The notes under the pieces: model-generated
Databases searched by the model: none
Told to the model about the DNA's origin: nothing
The model's input: only the letters and a program-made list of their open reading frames with translations
NCBI GenBank assembly: GCA_951406725.2
Contig: OX597833.1
Location: 72,850,001 to 72,914,000 of the forward strand
DNA from: Octopus vulgaris
Taxonomy: Eukaryota
DNA: 64,000 nt
Direction of reading: 5' to 3'
Shown: positions 55,401-64,000 of the stretch, in pieces
How positions within the stretch are numbered: the first letter of the stretch is position 1
Layout of the letters: every line of letters begins with the position of its first letter
Program-made: the position numbers and the translations under genes

Positions 55401-58400
55401 CTCCTCCGAACCATAGATGTCTGAGGGACATCCATCATGTTATCCTATATCTGTTGTCCAAAAGAAAAAAAAAAACATACACCACCCTACCCCATGCCAG
55501 TAAGGAAGGCAGATGTTAAACGATGATGATGACAAGAAATGTTTTTTTGATCAGAGAGAATGTGTAGGAGGAGTGATGCAGGGAGGGGGGGGGCGTGAGT
55601 CACACACGAAGAGCCAGAACTACAGATTGGTGCCACCCTCACTGTTTCCACGTGATTCTCTTTCTTTTGATTGAAATTTTTGCAGAAACACATTTTCAAA
55701 GGCAAAGATGTTGAAAAGATTTTGAAAAAACTTCCAATCTTCTTAGCTTCGGTTCATTCTCCCCCCAGGCTGTCCCCAACTTCTTTTACTTTAGAATTCT
55801 TCTGATTCATATATTTGAAATATCAGCATTATGTAATCTATTCCTTCAAAAATGTCTTTCTGCAAGATATCATTTAGAAATGTGTTTTAAAAGACAGTTT
55901 ATGAGGAAGCGAAATTCAGAAGAGTGAGAATGATCCTAAATTACAAAAGGAAGAGATTTTAATTTTAGCATAATCATAATCTACATCCTCAAAAACATGG
56001 ATTTGCATTTTTCAGACAGTTATGAGGAAACAGTGTAAGTCAGTGGGGCACTAAACTGTAGTTATACCCCCACTGCTTGGTGTGACTTTTCAAACTAAGT
56101 TGAATCAGTTGTTGCTGTTTGATCCCAACCCGGATGAAAAGAATTCCTGCCATGACCATCCTGTCTTTTTCTTACATGCAGATGAACAAAAGACATTATC
56201 CAATATATCATCATTTTTGTTTGTAGAGGTCATAATTTGACTGCTATTTCTAGTAAACAGAGAGACCACGTAGAGGCTCCACGAAGAGGGGGAAGGAACA
56301 TGAGAAAGGTTATCATGGCTGAGAAGGATTGTTTAAACCTAATCAAAGCGTTCTAGCAATGACCATCCCCACTAAGCCAACCTTATCCAAATTGCATTCT
56401 TCTGTAGAAAGATGACATGATTAGAGATGAAATTTAACTGCATTTTCTAGCAGGTCAGATGACTGCATAGAGGAAACTCAATCAGTTCAAGTCAGAGGCA
56501 GATCCATAATTGGAAGGCATTTTAACCATGACCATCCCTGTCAGTTTTGCAGGAATAGTGGAGCCAGGACTACATTGTTTTTAAAGGGTGCTGAGGGTGA
56601 TATGGAGATTTGGCTGTTATTTCATGCAAGTCAAACAACCACAGCGAAAAATGTTCTAGGGAGAAAGCTTTATCGGATTGGTGAAAATATCAGAGGAATC
56701 AGGAGAGGAAAGCAAGTGAGAGAGAGAGAGAGAGAGAGAGAGAATGTAAGTAATGAGAGGGGTGAGGTAAGAGGATGTGGGTTGAAGGATGAGAGCTGGA
56801 GTGGATGGTAGGAGGAGGAGGAAGCAAAGAGTCTGAAAAAGGATTTACAAGCTGCTGGTTATGAATGGATTGTGGAAGTTGAAGAAAGGGTCAGATCGGA
56901 AGGTAAACTAGGGGCCAGTTTAGAGTGGGGAGAGGAAGCAGGCAGTGGAGGGATTATAGCAACAACTATTCAGAGGTCCCAGGTGAATATTGATGGGAGA
57001 GAGAGAGAAAGAAGAAGACATGTTCACCATCTTCTTTCATCAAATGCTTTTCCAGTTATTTAAATCTGCTTTTCAGAATAGGAAGGATGAGGTTTGGTTG
57101 TTATTTTTAGCATGTTGAGTGGCTGTTTCGAAGCTCTGCTTCTTCTGGCGTCAAACCAAATGAAGGAGACGCTGTGGTCGTTCAACATGCTAGAAGTAGC
57201 AACTAAATCTCTCCCAATCTCATACTGAATGGTATGTTGAACAGGAAACAAAAGGGTGCATCCTAAGACATTTAGGAACAAAGAAACGGTGGGGTGTGAG
57301 GGCCTTATAGATAAAGCAGCTGAAACTACAGGGATGAGCCTTCCCTATCCACCCAACTGCTTTTAATCAGAACTTTCTGAAAATGCCTATTAAATAAAAT
57401 TTTTACAGATTTCAGAATATGAAAAAAAAAAAAACTGAGCAAAGTCAAAGCAAAGTGTGAATTATAAGAACCTGTCCACTTCCAAAGACCCCTCTCACCC
57501 ACACAAATTACGATACAACCCTAATCTATACCAGCTTAAATGCATTTCCAGAAATTTCATTAAAAATATGCATTTTTCACAAAATCAAAGTGTGAGAGAC
57601 TCTGCAGTTTAACTAAAGGGCAAAACTACAGTTTCGTGCCCATCACCACACCCTATTTGCCAGAAACTTTCTTTAAAATACATATTTTTTAATGAAATTT
57701 TCCAGAGATATTATGAATGGGAGGGGGTGAAATAAAAGACTTTAAATAATTTTTTCCCCTCCCTTCTCCAGGAGAATTTTGATAAATACGTAATTTTTCA
57801 TAAAATTTTTTTTAAATACATTTTTGATAATGCAGAATAATTTTTTTTTCAAATTTTATCAAAAATATAATTGTATTCTACATCTTCAGAAACGTATCTT
57901 GGAGAAAAATTTTCCATTAAAAAAATATTAATTTGAAGTTTGATGAGATGAGGTGGGGGTGAAAATGACCCCGAAAAAGAACAAAATTGATGTTGCCACA
58001 CCCCACCACTGCAATCTCCATTATTGAAAATATATTTGAAAAAAATTTTCAAAAGAATATATTAATGTTACTAGAAACCAAAATCGGTGCGGGGTACATT
58101 TCTATAGCTTTGTTTGGAAGAAACTAGGAAAAAGTTAAAACAAGAGATGCTGTAAAGCCAATTATTTAAATCCCAACTTCTGTTTCAAAAACGAGACTAC
58201 ACCAACTTAATTATATTTAAATCTTTAAAAATCCTAATTACTAAAACAAGAGTTGACAAATGTCATAATTATTTTTTAAGCGTCAGAAACGAGTTTCTTT
58301 CTCCGTGGTTATTCGAAAAGCAAACAAAAGCAACTAAATTTCGCCCTAAATTTGTTGGCAAATCGTTATTACAAAGATAAGAACAAAAGAATAGAAAGAA

Positions 58401-58660
58401 CTAAAGCGGGTGGGGGTGAGAATATGGGATAACGTGGACCGGAAGGTTTTGGGGTTCGTACCCCTACTCCTCATTAGGGTCTGTTCACTGAAGGGTCGAC
58501 AGGGAGCCGAACAACGAAAATATTGTTACACGGTTTTTAAGCGGAAAATACAATAAAAGTTTATAAATTTGCTAAAATTAATCATTGACGCAATTTTTTG
58601 TTAAAACCAGAAAAGTTAATTAAAAATTTACAACAGAAAAAATAAATGAACACAGCTTAC

Positions 58661-58770
58661 CGCGCTAATTGATTTGAAGAAGAGATAAGAGAGAGAGAAG
58701 AGTTGAAAATGTTGTTGTCCGAAGCTGAGAAAGAAAGAACTGAGGAGAAGTGGAGTTGGAATTTAAAGTT
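58661..58770 (-). promoter_or_regulatory. Putative core promoter and non-coding exon 1 of the beta-thymosin gene
   Basis: TTTAAAT (58767-58761) ~26 nt upstream of Inr-like TCAGTT (A at 58741); pyrimidine-rich leader; donor GCG|GTAAGC at 58661/58660; joining to 45480 puts an in-frame TAG before the ATG. Confidence 0.55.
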
Positions 58771-61570
58771 TCTCCTACCACCACTCCTCAAAGTGGGACT
58801 GAGGGAGGGAGAGAGAGAGATCTTTCAAGGAAGGAGGAGGAAGAGAGAGAGAGAAGTACTCATTGACAAAGGACGGGGGAGGAAAGCGGGAGAGAAACGA
58901 GAACGATGATCTGTTGCTCCTACTTTCTGCTCTCGAAAAGAAAAAAAAAGTCCATCTTTCTCATTCCACTCAACACACAAAGCGTTAAAGAGAAAAAGGA
59001 GGGGGGAGGAGGAGGAGGAAGAAGAAGAAGAAGAAGAAGAAGAGAAGCAAACAGGATTCTTTAACTTGGAACTCTTGCCGCTACTCTTGAAATGAGAGAG
59101 AGAAGAAAGAGAGGGGGGGAAGAAGAATGTGACACAAGGCCCGACCATCCTCCTCATCCTCCTCATCAACTCTGCTTTGAAGAGACGACGACGAACAGAT
59201 GAAGATAAACGATTCTAAAGCTGAATGGTTTTTGTTTGGTTTAAGGGGAAGAAGTGGTTAGCATCGCCCACAACAAACCATCAACGGCGATGGTGGAGAA
59301 GAAACGGGAAGACTTGGCTTCTAAGCCATCACTACATTCCACCGTGAAACCAACAAGGACCTCTACGTGGTCGTACCACCTGCTAAAAATAGCAGCAACA
59401 TTCCTACAAAAATCACACCAATAAAAAAAAAAAAAGTTAAAACGACTGAGGGATAATTAAAAAGGGGAAAACAGACGGGATGGTCATAGGTGGAGTGGTT
59501 TTGATCAGAGATAACCTGGGATAAATAACAATGAAGAAAAATTCAAGCCCTGAATGAGCTATGCGGTCACTTGACTTGTTAGAAATAGCAGTCAAATTGC
59601 CTCAAGTCCTTATTTATAAAAGACTAAAGAATGAATGAAATCAACCGGTACCAAATATACAAAAAAGCAGGTTGGTCATAGTTGGAGCAACGACTCGAAG
59701 CAGCTGATTTCGGGTTCAAAGCTGAATAATTCTTTTTACATGACTAAGAGGAGTCAATGAAGAAACCTCGAACTGCGAGAAATAGCAGCTAAATCTCCCT
59801 CAAAACATTCCCTATAGTCCTTTAGAAAAAGGAAGTCATAGTGGATAATGGCCAAAAGAAAGGGGTTGTTTTTTGATCAGAACATAAGCCTGCTGGAACA
59901 ACTGACCTGGGGCTAAACAAGAGCGGAAACGAAGGGGGGGACGAAAATGTTGGGGTGGAGACTTCACTTGTTATAGCCATTAAGGAATTAGGAAGAAATA
60001 ACCAGCATGTCTGGGACTAAGCAGACTGGACCTGCTAGAAATGGCAGCTAAGTCTTTCTAAACACCAAGACATTGTTACGGTATTTAAAAAAAAAAAGGA
60101 TGTAATCCTAAACACACGCACAAACAACGTGTTGAATAAGACGGGACTGTCACGAGTGGGGTGTCTCTCATGAAAAGGTTTACGTGATGAAGGATAACTC
60201 CGAGCCAAATGAAGGAAGAAGGCCATTTAATAGCCTCAAACTCCCAACGATAACCAGTCGCGAAAATAAGACAAAAATTTGTTATGGCAGCAGTCATGAG
60301 AAGCCTGGAAATAGCAGCCAAATGGCCTTCAAAATATCCCAACGTTGAAAAAGAAATTACATTGGATAATCTAGTTCTAAATACACACTGCTGTCTTTCT
60401 ACAGGCACAAGGCCTGAAATTTGGGGGTGGGGGCAGTCGAGTAGATCGACCCCAGTACGCAGCTGGTACTTAATTTATTGACCCCGAAAGGATGAAAGGC
60501 AAAGCCGACCTCGGAGGAATTTGAACTCAGAACGTAAGGGCAGACGAAATAGGGCTACGCATTTCGCCCGGCCGCCTTACAACAACAAAGACAATAATAG
60601 ATGGTCAGAGCAAGAGTATCTTCAGTTATAAACGTCCTGTCTACATCTAAGCAGTTAGTTAAAGCGCCGAAATGTTGGGGATTTAGTTGCGGCCCTTTCT
60701 ATTCAAAGTTCAAATCCCACCGACGGAGAAGGGCCAACAGACATTCTCCCAGGGTCGTTGAAATCGATTTTATAATATTCTTATATCATCGCAAATGTAA
60801 ATGGAATTCTAACAGAAAGAAAAACAATAAAACTTGGCCAGACAACGAAGTAAGGAGCTTAGTGGGTGACATTCGAAACCAAAACCTTAGACATAATACC
60901 AACAACAAACAGGGTTTAAGGCCGTGGTTGGGATTCATTTATTTATCTATTCTCTTTCGTTGTTTCCTCGCAATTGGAAAGGAGGGGGCTAATTCCCTTT
61001 CCAGTAATGTCCTGCTGACTTCCTCACATTCTTAAACGGTAGAAAAAAGGCAATATTTGAAGCTGTGAGTCTTCAAAGACGAGAGATGAGAGACACCAGT
61101 CATCAGCCTTCTCGTGTCAAAATAAATTAACAACAGTCTATTTCTACAATCTATTAAAATTATTCTGCTCTGGTTCTGCACTATTAATTCCACAGAATGT
61201 GTGAAATCGCTGACAAAAAAACCCAGAGTCAGAACTGCCTCTACCTGGTCGGTCCAAATGCTGGAAATGGTAGCAAAATCTTTCAAAAATTACAAGAACA
61301 AATTACAAAATATATAAAAGGATATTTAGATAATGTAGCCCGAAACTGTCTGGGAAAAAAAAAATAGGATGGTCTCGGCTAGAACGCCTAATCGTGTGTG
61401 CGTGTAGAAAGGAAAGAATTGTGTGTGTGAAAGTGGAATTGACAAAATCGGAGCAGAGAGGATTAAAAGCCATCTCGACTAAACAATTGTTTAGTAAATA
61501 TTTCGGGGCCCAGAACGAAGATCCGGTGTCTCTTTAATTACAATGTAAATTACTACAATTTACTTTAATT

Positions 61571-61627
<57 letters not shown>

Positions 61628-61851
61628 CTATGAAATCCTTCTTTTAAAGCTGTCAACAAAGTTGTCCTCTCTCAATTCCCTCAACAATTCTGTCGCATCC
61701 TTCCTTCCTTGCTTTCTCTCTCTTCTTTCCGAAGGTTACTTCAATTTCTTTTCTTTTATCATTTTCACACAATCTCTTACTATTTTACGTTGAAAAACAA
61801 AACGAAAAAAAACATTCATTATTTCATAAGATCGAACTTCCTTTCCGTTTA

Positions 61852-61884
<33 letters not shown>

Positions 61885-62471
61885 ATACAGCTTTATTCAC
61901 TGGCCATCATCATCATCATCATGATAAAGTGCCTCTTTATAGTTTATGAGTGAAAGCTGAAGGCAGGAGGGGACGTAAGTAAGTAAAGGTTGTAGGCAGA
62001 GAAGTTGTTACTTGAACCATTTTCAGGAGAGAGTGTGTTGGAGGAGGAGGAGGAGAAGGAGAGAGAAAGAAGCGGGGGGGGTCGGCTTTCAGAAGCAGCT
62101 GCAATCAATGACTCACTCGTGTCACTCCCACTTCCAGCCCGGTCTGCTCTCACTAACCACCATCATCATCGTCATCATCATCGTCATCGTCATAAGAATC
62201 ATGTGAAATGGTGGAGCATCGGCGTGGCGGGGGAGGTGGAGATTAAACGGTTTCAAGAATATGACAAACGGTTTGCTCCAGAGGTCAACGATCAAAGGCA
62301 TTCCAGCCATGACCATCGTCAGACTGCACACACACACACACACACACACTGAAAGAGGCTTGAGTGAGATTTAACTGCCATTTATAACAATTCCAGACTC
62401 CCTCGCTGATCTGCCTAATTTAATATAAGCTGTTTAACCACAGGTCAGTTCTAAACAGGCACAACTACCTA

Positions 62472-62678
62472 TTCGGTTGGTGCATAAGTATTGCGGCTTT
62501 TTTTTTTTCAACAAAAATAATAATATTTAACAAAAACATCTTTAAATGATGGTCTGACCGTCTGCCAAGCAAATGGGAAGCAGTAATTGAAGTAGATGGT
62601 GAATATGCTCCGGAATAATCATTTGGAGATGTTTTCGTTACGTTGAAAAAAAGCCGCAATAATTATGCACCAACCCAA
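62472..62678 (+). mobile_element. mariner-derived MITE (Hsmar1/MADE1-like TIRs) retaining the transposase C-terminus
   Basis: TA|TTCGGTTGGTGCATAAGTATTGCGGCTTTTT..AAAAAGCCGCAATAATTATGCACCAACCCAA|TA; internal GLDRLPSKWEAVIEVDGEYAPE*-like peptide (cf. mariner ..L..RW..V....G.Y). Confidence 0.88.
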
Positions 62679-64000
62679 TATAATCGAGAATTCTCAGTTG
62701 TAACCTTCCTGCAGTAAGTATATCAGACATTAACTGTATTTTTCTTTTCTTTTTTTTTTTTTCGTGTGATTTAAATAAGATTTGACTGCTATTTCTAGCA
62801 TGTCGAGCGACCACGTAGTGTCCCTAAATACGGATAGATGGACAAATGATCCGTCTACCCCTTCCCCAGCTTTTGACTGCTGATCGTTTCTTTAGAGTAA
62901 TGAGATGGAAGAGGTCAGTCCACTGCCCCTTTCTTCACAATAAATAAAAATGCCAGTAAATTGGATCTAAATCAGGTCCTTTATACAAGACAGGAGGGCG
63001 ACGCAGAATTGGGATTTAATTTCCACAAATGTTGACGTCTATGAAGGTTTTGTGAAATTGTGGAAACAGATTTTATATTTCGGGACGGTCATTTTCCAAA
63101 ATAAATACACGCACTGTATGTTCGTTCTTCACTTGTTACTATTACTGTTCTTATTTTATGTCAATTGTCTGGAAAGTTTTTTGTCACACACCTGTGACCT
63201 CTTCGGTGACTTTGCATCCCACGTGTCTCCTGTTCTATGGTACGTGTCCTCATCTGCGCATGCGTTCGCGTGTACCCTTTATCATTTCATCAAGGGATTA
63301 CAGACCGCAATCATTAATAAACCGAATGATAATCCTGCCTTATACGAACTCTGGGCTCAGCTAGCACCGACTGACAGACTACCTAGAACAGACCCCTATC
63401 CAAGGTGACGTACTCCTTTCCTCTAGCTTAAGAATTACAAACGGAGAAGGCACGAAGTTACGCGAGGGCTCGTGGCCTGCTAGAAATAGCTAAATCTCCC
63501 TCAAATTGTACCCCCAACTCGCGTTGTTAATCGCCTTTAATCTATTCCAATTCTGTTCTGATTCAAGAAATACTTGGATGGCAATAAAAGTGAAGAGAGT
63601 AAAGTCAGAGGTTGACAGATTTTAACCGAGAATATGTGATGTGGGGGAGGTTTTACCTACTCTGGTTGCCATACCAACCACTCAGAGGCTATCTCTCCTC
63701 TCGTTGGCTCCTACAACCAACAAACATCAAACTGCGTGTGTGTGTGCGTGCGCTCACAAACAGCTTTATAATTGCTTCGTTGTTCAGATAAATAAAAATA
63801 AGGATTGGCTGTCCTGAGGAAGTTCTAGAACTTGTGAAGGGGAGGAAAAAAGCGGATTTATTTAGTTTTACTATGAAATAAATAGCAACAAATACCGTGA
63901 GAATGCGGAAGAGGGAGAGGAAGAGAGAGAGAGGGGGGGGGATTAGTTTCAACTTAATATCTTGGCAGCGAATATAGACGATGTTATCTTACATTGACTG

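Overview
Eukaryotic, AT-rich, microsatellite- and SINE-saturated DNA. The repeat families and gene content look like a coleoid cephalopod (Octopus-like) genome; this is inferred from recognition, not from a search. Two intron-containing genes can be rebuilt by hand from GT-AG junctions, and they face each other. (1) + strand, CDS 6714-7285, 9803-10013, 13792-13872, 15049-15171, 16152-16451: a 428-aa protein with an N-terminal coiled coil and a C-terminal MIEAP (mitochondria-eating protein/SPATA18-like) domain. (2) - strand, CDS 45463-45346, 42568-42455, 38058-37945, 37346-37233, 36145-36117: a 162-aa four-repeat beta-thymosin (ciboulot/tetrathymosin type), invisible in the ORF track, with a probable non-coding first exon and TATA/Inr promoter at ~58.7 kb. 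Nearly all long ORFs in the track are microsatellite read-through artefacts. The rest is transposon debris: R4/Dong-like LINEs lodged in (TAA)n, CR1/L2-type and RTE 3' ends, a Tx1-like ORF1, mariner/Tc1/Tigger/piggyBac-type elements, several tRNA-derived SINE families, and Penelope-type minimal hammerhead-like motifs. I found no convincing new multi-gene system. The most notable points are the modular phase-1 thymosin exons with divergent (Cys-containing) actin-binding motifs, a relic of exon duplication beside them, microsatellite-targeted retroelements and several structured RNA candidates.
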